Assembly: GCA_051294905.1 (NCBI GenBank)
Contig: CM119372.1
Location: 25,048,001 to 25,112,000, forward strand
Direction: 5' to 3'
Origin: Botryllus schlosseri
Lineage: Eukaryota
DNA: 64,000 nt
Both the position numbers and the translations under genes were made by a program. The first letter of the stretch is position 1. Every line of letters begins with the position of its first letter. Under the pieces are notes generated by a model. That model did not search any database, was not told the origin of the DNA, and was given only the letters and a program-made list of their open reading frames with translations. This document shows, piece by piece, positions 45,884 to 59,088 of this stretch.

Positions 45884-47719
45884 GTGAGTTCCTTTCCATT
45901 CTTTTTCGTTATTGTGAAATGAGCTGAGGTATAGAAAGTAGCGAAACAAAATCTTTCATAACAGATTTTTCGTTTGCTAGTGAATCTGGCGCTTACAGGC
46001 TTCTAATAACCTTAACCTACCTCGAACCCAAACCTGAACCTGAATACATTAATGCATACATTTCAAGTGACGAATTCAACACGCAGAATTCACCAGTTAT
46101 TTTATATCACAATTTATGCTCAGATGCATCGTAACTTTCCTTATAAATTTTAGTAGTACAATATTGATGCATTGCTTTCATAATAATAATTGTTATTACA
46201 TTTCTAAAGCCAAGTTCCCCGAATCCGAGTTCAACATGCAGACTTTACCAGGTGCCGTATATCACAATTCACGCGCTGACGCTCATATCAAGTGAAACAT
46301 TCGTTTTTGAATTCCTAAATATCGTATTGGTGCATCTGCCAAATGGTTACGAGAGACAACTCCGTTGACCTGTTCAGGTAATAATACACCTTCCGCGCCG
46401 TCGGCTCAGAGGCGACTTTTGCGGAACTTGAATCAAGGGTTAATGGTGTACTACTGTTTCACGATTTTATGTTCTGACTTGGCTTAGATCGCGGTATTCG
46501 GTGCGCGTCAGCGCTTTCCGAAACGGAAATCTTCGTTTTACGTCTTGTAGACTGAAATACGCGTATCACGCACGCTTGGAAATCAGTGCGATTGATAAGA
46601 GACGAAGGTTTTTTAGGTTAATCCTGCATTTTGCGAGGGGTGTACGGTTAGAGCTATGTCTTTACTGACTGGCTACTGTCTGTGATTGCCAAAGTGGGCC
46701 CAGCGTCGCCATCGTGGCTTTGGCAATCTGAAAGTATGTGCTAGGAACGAATAGGGCGATTGGAGGCGCTCAGAGTACGGAGGGGGTGTTACGCACTATG
46801 TAAATCTGTTTGTGAAATCCGTAAATTCAGAGCTCTATTTTTGCACCAAGATCATACATCTGTTTCGTGATCCCGTAGTACAAGGCGCATTCAATCGGAA
46901 ATCTTTATCAACCTTTCCCTTAGGTGTTCAATGTTATGCAACGATAAGTATTCTAACCAACCAACCATCTACCAATCAGTCAATTGATCAATCTACGCAC
47001 AGAATTATTAGCCAGCAAGGTCTATTGAAGGCGGGCCCTGAACTTGTGTGCGGCGAGGATGAAACTCTCCAAGTGCTTAACGCAATGTATCACAACGAAG
47101 TACGGTGACTACGGAAGGAACCTTGTGTGGCCTGTTGTTTCATTCCTTATGCTCGTCCGTCCTGAAATGTCTGCGCAATTGTGAGTGACTGACTTGACTT
47201 GCCGCGTGCTGCCAACTAATTGGATCGACCTAAAAAGGCGATAAGCGCCGACGGCAACTTGCGCGAGAAATGAACAAAACAGCTCTTAGCGCGGAGATAA
47301 CGAAGTTAGCTTATCTGGGAGACAGCATAAAGTTGGGTAAGATTTCGCGCGAGGATTATCCCGAGTCGACCGGCGAAACTTTTAATCCATTGAATTAGGT
47401 TGCTACAAGTTAACTCGGTTATTATTTTCATCTGAACAAGTTGCACACAATGTACAATGCGATGAGACACAATGAGTTGTAACGAACAGATAGGAGGATG
47501 TCGAACGACACGCATCAGTAGCGATCCTTTACTCTAACATCCACCTCGGCCTAGAGTGCCCGATGTCACAGTTCTTTTCGATGTTGATCTTTTTTGAAGC
47601 AGCGGTCGTTTCTACTAGTTCTTTCCATTCCTTGTGAGTGCTTTCTTTCTTCGGGCCTTTTTTCTGGGCTTTTTTGTCGCCGTAAGAACGGCGACAGCGG
47701 GGGAAGAGGAGCCCAGATG

Positions 47720-47791
47720 AACCTCCGATGGGAATCGGACCCGGTACACCGGCTTAGCAGGCGTTTATCGTTACCACTACGCTATCTCTCT
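47720..47791 (-). mobile_element. degenerate tRNA-like (SINE head) sequence
   Basis: A box tagcgtagtggt and near-B box ggtccgattcc at tRNA-like spacing; stems do not close into a cloverleaf. Confidence 0.45.
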
Positions 47792-49219
47792 TTAATCACA
47801 CGATTGGCATTTTCCCGGATAAGATAACTTCATGATTTCCGCCCTTAGTCGGTGTTAAGGGGGCGTTGGGCACCTGTTTCGTTACCCAGAGAGTCGTTTG
47901 GTGATCCACTGAAGTAGAAGTATACAGAATCGACCGAAATCTAATCCTATTACACAAAAATCGAACATCAAACCATCCACGCTCTCATACTTGAAAACCA
48001 ACCAGTGATACAATGATACATCCATGACCCCGCCGGGTGCGAGTTATCGCGGCGCACCGTAGGAGGCCCGGATCACGTAATCGAATTTCCCGGTAACTTC
48101 AAGCGTGACTCCCTTTAACGCGCGAAATTGTGTGCAGCAGTATTTTGGTTACTGTGTGTTTCGTTTGTCGATTGATAAATAACCTATATCCGGTGCTTGC
48201 GGGTTTGAACGTGTAGGGGAGGTGGTCCCGCGGTATTATCCGCGCTGTTGCTGGTTACCGTGTCATTGTTAGCAAGTGAATTTTGACTTGATCTGGGAAA
48301 GATTACTGTCTCACCAGCTGATCGAAGTTTTTAACTGACCGCAACTGCTCCTTATGTCGTCATTCGTCTTATCTTTGAAACCCGTCGTTTCTTTATTTGT
48401 CATTAGGACCCGTCTGGTACGTACATCTGTAAATTTATGCTGCGTTGCTTAAAAATACTGGCCGGACGGCATTGACGCAGGATCTATTTCGCGGTACTTA
48501 GTGATTCACACGGTACTAATCGGCAGACGTATGATATTTGATAAGCGATATAGGAGTTTTGCATTGCGTCGAGGCTGGTGGTGTTTGTCACCTTACCACA
48601 TGTCGCTGTGATTTGTATTCTGTATCAGATTTTCGATGGTGCAATTTGGTTACTCCTGTAGTTCGGCGGTTCTCGACCGCCGGGCCGTGTCAACTTTACT
48701 ACCGGTCGGACAAGTGTGCAACAGTTACATATCTTACTTGTGAAATGCAAGTTGGACGATTGTACATTAATTAGAAAGATGAGACACCAACTTTTAAAGC
48801 GATTTATAGAGTTCATGGTCTTCTCAGGACATAGCTAGCGTCCGTCTTTAGGCAGTCAATATTGTGCTACTCTGGATACAATTAGCGTGCAACTCGTTTG
48901 CGACCTGTTAAAAGTGAAGGTCAAGATGACTATTTTAAAACGAAATTCGTTAGATTTCGATTGTACAATTTGGCCACGTGTGGCAGTATAATAAAAGACT
49001 AGCAAAGAGCGAAGTCGCAGTTCTTTCGAAAGAATCCGAACTATCAAAATCGAATTTGTGATTCTGGACTTCGCCCCGCAGAAATATCGATAGAACCACG
49101 TATAGTACTTGTAACATCATAAAGGCAGCTTCAGTATTTCCGATCCTAACCGAGTATTAGTTGTAGCCATTCGAGTCAGCATACAAAGCAATCGGTACAG
49201 CTCAGTTTATTTCTAATTT

Positions 49220-49945
49220 CGTCGCTTCAAAACATCAAAAGATTGCGATAAAATGAAAAGACAGGAAGGAGTCGTAACGACTTTGGGCCTAGAACATGCA
49301 CACATTGAATTAAAACTAACAGAAGATGACATAAAACGGACAAGTGATGAAACGGAAACGACTTTTCGGCTGACGGAGACAAAAACTGTTAGATGCACGA
49401 TCGCTGATTTTTTAAGACAGCGTTTCGAGATGCGACCATTAAGCACGATTTTTTTACGCTGAGTAATTGCGTCGCCAGTTTCGATCCAGTTTATGACAAC
49501 GCGAGAGCCATTACCGAATTTTTAAAACGTCTTAAGGACGCCTTGGAAAATTCGCATCTGGTTACGGAAGCACCTAAATCTATAGCCAGGGTTGCCATAT
49601 CTTCCCTATTTCTCAGCTTAGTCCTAATTTTTTGGATCGATGTCTGATATAATTACATGGTTCCTATTTCCCGTACCGTGAAATCTGCTTTATCGACTCA
49701 GTCCTGCACTGCAGTCTCGAAACTGTAATGTTTATAGCTCGTTGTATCCTTGTTGAAATTTTTTCGCTGTATTTCTTGTAGTTTTTGTATATTTATTCCC
49801 ATTTGTTATGCGCCATTGATTGGAATGTGTAATGTGTATACTCCTACAGGTGGCGACTGTGTACTAAGGCCTTGCGTCCCCTCGTCATCCTGGTCCGTAC
49901 CGGATTTTCGCTGGTGTGACAAATAAATGATTGATTGATTGATGT
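49220..49945 (+). mobile_element. probable decayed CR1/L2-type LINE 3' end
   Basis: Frameshifted peptide ...TIKHDFFT...FLKRLKDAL resembles the CR1/L2 ORF2 C-terminus (RKHFF...SFKxRLD). It is followed by a T-rich tract, AATAAA (49921) and a (TGAT)n tail. Confidence 0.45.
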
Positions 49946-51399
49946 ACCTGAAGAGGCATCTATCCATTATTAGGCTAGGCCACGTACCTTTGTTGTGACA
50001 ATAACGAAAGTCGCTAATCGTGTTCAGTCGATTTCGCGCTGCGGGCATTTCCGTGAAAGTATTCGCTGGTAGTTGGCATTTAGGATTATCTCGGAACCTT
50101 CTGCGATTACGTCAGCGGAAAATGGATGTTTGGAAAGCTGAACATCGAATCGCTGACCACGATATTGTAATGCCTTAGGACGGCGCATTGTTGCGCTGTC
50201 ATTAGCGGCGCGGCGTTCCTAGTGTAGCTAGACAGTTAGTTAGTTTAGTAGCTAAATTAAGTTGGACATGCGCAGTATTATGGGCGATGTGGATTCTGTA
50301 GGCCTAAGTTGGTGACAGCATTTCAGCTACGTTCCGAAAATCCTATATATCTTCAGGGTTGAATTTGCAAATACGCGTTTATCATTTTCTAAGTTGACCG
50401 AATTAGCCAGTATCATTTGCACATGAGTTTGATGGCAGGTTATTGGCATTTCCGTGCGTTTCACAGATCATGATCATAGCGGTAGGGGTAGGTCCTTGTC
50501 TGGGCCTGTGTGGAGTGTAGCCGCACACAGCCCGATTCCACCTCTGGCTTGTATTATAGCGGGGTTTCTAATCACCGGATATATTTACACATTATGAGCG
50601 TCATTCATTCGTTGGCAAAACCATACAAGATGCCCGTTCAATCGCTCCGTTTTTACATGACCTTAACATTCCTACGTAGAACATATTGTGCGTAACTACG
50701 CAGGAGCTATTGGTGTTGTAATGTGTCGGACCGACGGCTTGCCGATAGCATCCGATTTTAATTAACGGGCGGACATTTCAAAATCACCTGGACCCAATTT
50801 CGATGGGAAGTTATTTGGCGTCATCGTTTTCGCTTTTCGGTAATGACCAATAGGTCCCGTCGTATTGAAACTTTCGTATTTAGCCTCTCTGTTGATATGG
50901 TTGGAAGATGAGTTGCTTGACATTTGATTATGCGGCTTTAAACACTCAACCAACCTCTGCCTTAAACTCAACTCCAACATTAACCCAAATGCTCAAATGC
51001 CGCATGCTAAATTGTCACATGCTGATAATTCGTCGCTGTGGAACCAAAGCAGCTTATGTCTATTTTTCCAAATTTACAGAAAATCAAGTTTTTGTAAAAT
51101 TTTCATTTTTCTGTCGGGCATATCTTGGCCATGGTTAATTGGTTACGTTTGTTGCATTGTTTCAAAGTTAACCATGGCCAAGGTTATGGCCGAAAGAAAA
51201 GAAATAAAGAAAAAAACAAAAACTTAATTCTCTCATAGTATGTGGAATGGGCATAAGGGACTGTGATTCCGCGGCGACGTATTATGTTCACGGACCTAAA
51301 GATGTGATGTTATAAAAATGATCTCAAGAAAGAGTTCGACCCATATATAATGGAGACAGGCAAATGATGCTGACGTATTTCTGACTACTGTTGAGATAG

Positions 51400-51477
51400 T
51401 AGCTATGTAAAGATTTCCCCGCTCATGAGTTCCATGCATTAGCTATGTAAAGATTTCCACGCTCATGAGTTCCATGC
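51400..51477. repeat. tandem duplication, 40-bp period, 2 copies
   Basis: tagctatgtaaagatttcc(c/a)cgctcatgagttccatgc twice, 1 mismatch. Confidence 0.95.
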
Positions 51478-52787
51478 CCCGCTTGTTCTGCGAATGACAC
51501 GACACAATTTTCAATTTGACATCGATATTGGCGTATATATACTGGATTAGGTTGGCTTTCGTACATTTACCTTATTTAAGACTGTAGTATTAATTAGGAA
51601 CTGTTTCTAATTCAAGTCGATCAGAGTGAGGTTCACGGTAGTCGATAGTACTGCACGGTATATCGGTCTCATCTAACGGCCCAGGCCCACTGATTTTCGG
51701 TTGGCTGGTCGAACTGCCATATCGATTTCCTTCAATCATGAACCCTTACCTCAACGCCAATCATTGCGCACTCGACTTAATCCAGGAGTAATTACGATTG
51801 ATTTGAGCGAGAACGCCAATCTTCCGGAATTGATTGCGGCTCCGGCGAATCTCCTGCTCATCAGGAACAGGGTTAAGAGGGGGTGGTGGTAATTTCGAGG
51901 GCGCCCAATTGCATTTTTTGTTGTATAAACACGGGCGATGCTTGGATGTCGATGTCATTATTTCGAACGGTCGATAGGGGATCAAGGCTTTTAGGAACAG
52001 ACTCAGCATCTTGTTTTCAATTCGAAGTTTCATTGGTAGAGATTGTCGGTATGAAGTCGAGGGTGGACAATCTGGACATCTTATTTGTTAGTACACTGTA
52101 GATGTATTTTCTATGCGTTAGAATTAGGCAATTAACCGATTTCCATTGGTGTCTCAATCGGTAGCTACACTGATATGCTCAGATTGCTTTTAAGTAGGAT
52201 GATTACACATTGCCTTGCATAATGTAGTCGTAGGCTCGTAGCAAAAACAAAAATATAGCTAAGTTTGATGTGTTTGTAAGCCACGGTTGAGCCCGAGTCA
52301 CAAGTGAAGATCGCCTAAAATACGTTACCTACCAGTAGTATAATATGTTAGCATATAGTCTCGTGTGTAAAATATGCAATATACGTGTTTCGGAATCTAA
52401 CAAAGATCAATTTTTCAACTACTTTCGGTGTTGAAATTCTGAGATCTCCTTGCGCAAGGCTGACGTAGATATCGATAGATGTCCCGAAGCAGTGTTGCGT
52501 TCGAAATGGATGGTGCAAAGTTCAGTGCGTGACTCGCCGATTCCGGTTATAGAAGCCGTTAACTGATGCTTTGAAATTTGTAGTAACAACTGGGTTGACC
52601 ACTTTGAGAGCCTGAAGGCAACCTGTTTTACTGGCTTTTCAATTCGTGGGATAACGGTACATTTTTTGCAGTCTTTCACGAAGTTTTTCCGGTCCCGTAC
52701 CAATATCCGTATTTTACCACACTGTATACCACCTGGCTTCTGACTGACTTCTTTTATTCAAAGAGACCATTATCCATCAGTTATGAC

Positions 52788-53296
52788 AAGGGCAGGGCAA
52801 AATCGAGTACCTGAGTGATTCGACTGTGAATCACGCCGTATGCTTCGAGTCGAGTAATCGAGTATCATCCATTATGACGTCATCACAGAATGTAATACGT
52901 CCAAGTTCAGATATATACCGTTTATGCCACCACAAAGAATATAATGCCTGATACCCATCTCAGACATGTTGCTTTGGTATTTTTCGACCACACCGATTTC
53001 ATTTCACTTGGTGACCATGTTGTGCGATAATCATGACTTCAGAAATGCGCTACGTCCAGCAACGTTCGTAGCTTCGTACTCTATGTTGCGTATACTACGA
53101 TACCGCCGATAAGGTTTCAATGCTTCAACAGTGAAAATTAGCATGGAAACTATATTCTCGTTGATAAATTAACTTTCACTGGCGATAAGCGTTTAATTTC
53201 AGTACTCGAAAATATGGTCTTTTACTACTCGACTGGAATCAATAAAATTAATACTCGATTCAGATTCGAGTTCTCGAATCATTGTGCTCAGCCCTA
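52788..53296. mobile_element. hAT-type MITE with TCGAGTA/TACTCGA subterminal motifs
   Basis: termini aagggcag / cagcccta; TSD gttatgac / gttatgat; related right end at about 33190-33268. Confidence 0.65.
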
Positions 53297-56200
53297 GTTA
53301 TGATACACCATAACACCAATGCCTAGCAAGAAAACCCTTGAGAGGATCGACATTTTTCCTGCAAATAGTGATCGCCACAAGGCGCCATGGCATATTTACG
53401 GTTAATGAACGAGTACGAAATCATTTTTCAAGTGTAACTGCGATATTTTTTGTCGTATAAAAAGTATTTTGTAACTTCAAATCTCGATTAATACGTAGGA
53501 TGCCCGAATGCTCTGCTCAGGATCGAATCGGTCCGTCACTCGATTTTGCTCGCTATCGAAATGATCACAAATTCACAGCAAATTCCTATTTCATGATCGA
53601 TTCTTCTTTAAAGCTAAATGGCGAAACGAAGAACTTTTGTACTCTTTCCGCGCCGGTAGACAGCGAATTTTGTTTGAATGATTGTGGATTATGCAAAATA
53701 GACGGATGGTGCTTACTTGCGACACCGATGGAAAATACGCCACCCAAATGTATTTACATCTACAGGATAACAGGAATAACATGTAAAAGACTTCGTTCTA
53801 AGCAATCTTGTACTGCCTCATTAATTTGCTGCTTTCAAACTATTGATTGAGACACACTTGGAAATTACAACACACAAGGCCATGCGCCCGATTTCTATAA
53901 TAATCGCAGTTACGTTTCGTCGACAAATGTTGCAATTTCTTCCCCTACGTTAACGAAATGAATTATGACATTGTATGGGATATTAATACGTCTCAACGCT
54001 CTAAATATGAAGTCATGATATGGTCTTAAATTAAAGTAGAAGGTGTGTCATCGTTATTGGCAGCAGCCATTTCCCGCACAAAGCCACCATATCTGAACTG
54101 CGGGTAAAGCATTTATCACAAGTGGTCCCATTCCTCACTAGCCATCTCTGTAGCATCGAGATCGCGCGTCATCGCTTCTTAACCCCGTATACACGGTTGT
54201 ACTTTCTCGACAAGCCTAGTTAAGGAGTGGTCTGTTTTGGGTACGCTAACTCTGCAGTTTTGTTGTTGACCCACGCGTGTTTTGCGTAGTGGCGGGCGGC
54301 GCGTACAGGCGTGGCACGTATCGCGCTGAGGCTTGGCTCGCGAATGACTATCTCATTTCAAAATCCCAAATTTCTCTTCCTGATTTGAGCACCATCAGGC
54401 TGAATCGGAACCTTGGCAAAATCCAAGTCCACGTACGCGACTAAAGGAATCAATATTTCCGAAACTCTTGGTTCCAACCCGAAGCCGACCGAGAATAGTA
54501 GATTCTAATCCATTTCAATACTCATCGCTGTGAGTCAGTTACTGTGGTTAACACCAGCAAAGTTTCCATAACAGCATGCTTTAATTCAATCATCTTCATC
54601 TACATTTTGATGTCGGGGGTTTCTCGAAAACTTACACATAGAAACAGATATAATCGACCTTTTTATTATAGCATCTCTGAGATACGCATCGGTCAGGATT
54701 ACATTTCGTCACGAATCGCGCATGGTAATTCGCGATAGAATTATGTAAATGAGCTGTTGTACTGTTACTGTTACTGAGCACTTCGAAGTGAGATTCAATT
54801 CAAATTAAATTCAATCGCTCGCCTTTCGGCTGCTGACCGAGCGACCGCGTTGTCACGCCTTTGGTATTGTTTTGAATCCTCACGCGTGCACGAACTGACT
54901 TCATTGCCCGTGATCGAACTCAGCGATATCTCATTCGTGTCACATCCGGAGTGTGCGTTTTGTGATATTCATGGCGATGGACGAAACGGCTCACCTTAGT
55001 GACGCGTCCTCTGATTCATTTGGAAAAGCGCCTGTTTCTGCATACCTTGGTTCGATGAAAAAACGAACAAACTATGACGCGATTACTTATTTGTCACGCT
55101 GGATAAAATCGCGTGATTCGCCTGACGACAGACTTATCTATGCTGGGTGGCGGATTGGTCATCCTATGGCCGACGCAGTGCATCTCAGTATTGCTTGTGC
55201 ATTGAAGATAGCGTAGATCAGTGACTCCCAAACGACGATCCATGTCAGCCTTCCTTCCGATCCGCCAAATATATTGTAATTTTACGTCTCAATTGCAAAA
55301 TGCGAGAGGTTTAAATCTTGTACATTAATTATAGAGATATTAAACATTAAATTTACAATTGATTCAGAAATTTGATTCGTATTTTCTGCGTCTGGTCGTA
55401 ATATATAGATCATGGTCCGGTATGGACTTTGGCGTTCGTTACAATGCTGCAAGTAATCGGTTTAAAAGTAGCTAATAACGAGTTGTTGAATCTAAGAAGA
55501 CTTTTTGAACCAAATTCGGTAAATTCAGACTATACAATTTAGCGGCATTCGGCCGCATGCTAGAGGCTTAGGAAACGGCAATGTCGAAAGTCTTTCAAAG
55601 GAAAGGGAAGAATCATATAAAAGTTGGTGGTCGCATTGTAGAAACTTCTATAGAACCACGTACAACATATTCAATATCAAAAAGACATCAGTAGTGACCA
55701 AAATTTACTTTTGAGTTGCATACATTTATCTTAATTACATTTATGGTTCATTTCGATCTGTAAGGATCACCTGTCCGCAAAACTTGTTTTGGTATTTTAG
55801 CGGTCCCCCGAGCTAAAAAGATTGAGAACCACTGGCTTATAATTGATAGATTCACAAAATGCCCTCGAAGTGTTGATCGCTACATTTAACGCGGTCGGTG
55901 TCATATCGAAGTGTCGCGTAAGATTCGCGCAACCTTGCAATTGTGGTGTTTGGTGGGCAAAAACCGAGTTATTGCTGACGTACAACAATCCACTAAGCCG
56001 ATGCCCTCGCGAACTGTATATAAATACGGTAACTATTGACCTGATACGAGACCGACCCGTGGAGAGGGAATACTGCCGAATAAAACCCTAACGGCATATT
56101 ACAGCATCAACCATGCAAATTGTCGCAGCACTCGTGCTGGGGTCTGAGATCGCATAGACATGGATTGACTACTGTGCATTGATAAGGAAATGCTTCCATT

Positions 56201-58744
56201 TGAATGCCTTAGAAACTTGTCCCAGTGGCAGGCTTGTTATGGCTAATTGTAGATTTGATGGCTTCAGGGGATGATATTGTGTTTATCCATAGTTTATGCG
56301 GTTGCAGTGTTTAGCGGCCATGGTATGGTGACTATGTTGCTTTTATTGTGTGAAGCACTATTTTCGCGATTGCCTCACCACTCATTATCAGGAAGCGGGG
56401 CCTACGGTATTCATGAATATCGTAGGCCCCGCAGGAAGTCAATACTAACAAGTGGTTCTAGTAATTGGCCCTGTTAATTCTCGTAACGTCATCAAAAGTG
56501 ACGAACAATATCGATAGATCGTAGTGGTTGGAATTTGATCGTTGAAATGTATTGGATACAGTTTCGCCTGCTCGTCGATTGGATAAATATGCTGCTTTTC
56601 ACAATCGCGTTGAAAAGCCAAGTTACCAGCGTAGAATCCGTAGATGTCAGAGCACGACTATTGGCCGATAGCCATGTGTACTTAGACCAGGGTTGGGAGT
56701 GGGAGTTGCGGTTCTCGATATGCTGTTGTCGAAGGCAGGGCGCGATGCGTGCTTGAATAGAACTTGATCATCTCCAATGCGGGTTTGTGTGAAACTGCAT
56801 GGCTGAATTCGGGTTTAAGCGACGCCTCACCTGTTTTACACGTAAGACCGACAGCAGTGGACCCCTACCCATCTTGGTTTTTGTGACATTTCTCTAGGAA
56901 AGAAATGGTAGAAAAGAAAACCTTACGTTGAAATCTGACTTGCGGAAGATTGATTTAATGTAAGACAGAAAGTGATGTAGCAAGTTGAACCGCCCGAATC
57001 GGCGTTTTTGCTTCGAACCCGGTGGCGACTCTCGTTCATTCAAAAGTCGTTTAAAAATATCCATATTTTTCCGAAGTTCCGGCTCCTAAATGAGATTATC
57101 GCCATCGTAAATCCAAATCTACAAAAAGGCGTTAATTATCTCAAATCCGTAATCATCTCCGCTATTAAATCGGTGCAAGGCGAATCAAACCTTCACGATA
57201 AAGAGGCGACACGTTTCGTCATCCGGCGTTTTGTTTGTGGGCGTCGCCCTACGTGACACACGCCCTCGAATGGCTACGCGACGATTGCGCCTATTCATGA
57301 TGGTCTCGTGAGCGTTATTACAGCATAGCGAACACGTGGAACGTTTTCTGACTGCGTCCCCGCGAAAGTCGCTCGGCTCATTCCGCCGGTGATGAAACTG
57401 AATATTTGCAGTTTGAACGGATTGGAGCAGGCTTTTTGAGGAATCGGTTTTTGTGTATATAGTGTGGGTTTGGAATTTATAAGTGTAAAATGTATAGCAT
57501 TTTCGAAATAGTGTGAAATAGCTGAATATAATTCGAAGTCTGCACCTATTTGTAGCGTCGTTAGTCGTTTTGCGTTAGTGGCGAAAAAGCATCTTGCATC
57601 CAAAGTAGACACCACCGATTAACTGTCAAAATGATGCGAACTTTCGATCAAATCTACTTACCTTCGAAACTGGTTACTTTAGTATTTTGCAAACCTTTTA
57701 TATTCTACTTCCCTCGAAGTAGTGATGAGACGACTTGGAGATGGCTACTTCTACTTGTAATTGAATTGGACCACAAGTTCTGGTTCAAATGTACATGGAC
57801 TTCGTATGACCAATATGAGTATATGACCGGCCGACCGTCTCCCTGAAAAGAGCACTCCGACAGAAAATTCTGCAGATCTACGAGAGTAGTAATACTTGAC
57901 TTCGATCGCCCTCTATCAAAATACCGCTAGTACTGTAAATCGGTTCCGGACGACTAAAAATCAACCTGCGATCCAAATCAACTTTGGTCGTACCCTTGCT
58001 TTATCGACCTTTATCATTATTCCCCGGTGTCCTTTGTTAATCGGACTAAATATCGCAACCCGCAAATTAAATCAACGCAGTGGTTGACCGTCGCACTTAC
58101 ACGGAATCGTACGCCTCAAATCCGATTATCACAGTAATCCGTGTCGTGGCGTGTTTCGGTGCATCTAGTCCGTGCCTTGGGGAGCCATCTGATATGGTTT
58201 CTTTGCCGCGCCTTCGCCCGTTCGTGTCACTTGTCGTTTTCTCAATTCGCGGTAAATTTGGAATCGATTTCGTAACTTCGACCCGATTACTTTTGCTGTA
58301 ATCTTACGATGCGTGCTTTACTGCGCGCTGGTTTCGTCGGAAAACCTTCCCGGAATCTTTGTAGCGACAGATCTGCGTGTGGAAGCGAAGAGTCGTTACG
58401 CGAAGCGAAATGGTTCCGTTATCAATCCTTCCGCGTGATGCAAGACCCTGTTCTCTGAAACTTCCGCGCAAACCGATGACGTGTTTTACTATCCCCGTTA
58501 GAATTGTGTCGTCACGCGGAAGCTTGTCTGCATGACAAGTGACAGCAGTTTCATGCGGTCACTGATATTCCATGTACTGTTTACCTTCGCTGTTTCACAA
58601 GTAGGATGACTTGAGGAATCCGTAGTTACATGGTAATGAAAACCCTGAAATCTTTGTCCAGTTCGGTGTTTTGCATATCTCGACAGATCCCTACTTCGAT
58701 TTTAATAGGGCAGGTCACACTGATCCAAGGATTGCAATTCGACC

Positions 58745-59088
58745 GACAAGATAGCGTAATGGTGAAGGGTCAGGCTTCTTGATCGGTAGGTCGTGGGTTC
58801 GAACCCCGACCGGGTCAGACCGAAGACCTGATTAGTAACACTGGTATCCATGACTTCCCCGCTTGGCGCTCATGCAATATTGGGATAGCATGGAGGGGTG
58901 GTGCAAGACTTTGAAAGCCGTACATGGCTATTTCTGTACCTTCCTTGTCCGGCGGCATATGCACATCATTCACTTATGGTATGCATATGCAATGCACAGA
59001 TCTTGTGTATGTAATATGTTTATATCATGAGTTGGTGCATATGCCGCAAAAACATCAAGGACAAACATAATCTACGTCCATTCCTTCC
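58745..59088 (+). mobile_element. tRNA-derived SINE, copy 2
   Basis: A box tagcgtaatggt, consensus B box ggttcgaaccc; colinear with 2001-2331. Confidence 0.85.

Noticed and set aside
46681-46735. GTGA...stem...GA resembling a SECIS element
   Set aside because: The 3' GA is not adjacent to the helix as the non-canonical quartet requires, and no in-frame UGA was found in the XRN1 exons.
49400-49420. U_UUU_UUA slippery heptamer followed by an open -1 frame, suggesting programmed frameshifting
   Set aside because: There is no strong downstream structure. The joined peptide looks like a decayed LINE ORF2 C-terminus with a LINE-type tail at 49920-49945, so a simple indel in a T-run explains it.
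58745-58820. tRNA gene (also 2001-2075, 47720-47791 and a B box near 17590)
   Set aside because: Acceptor and anticodon stems do not pair, there is no T-run terminator, and the two main copies continue into a shared non-tRNA body; these are SINE heads.
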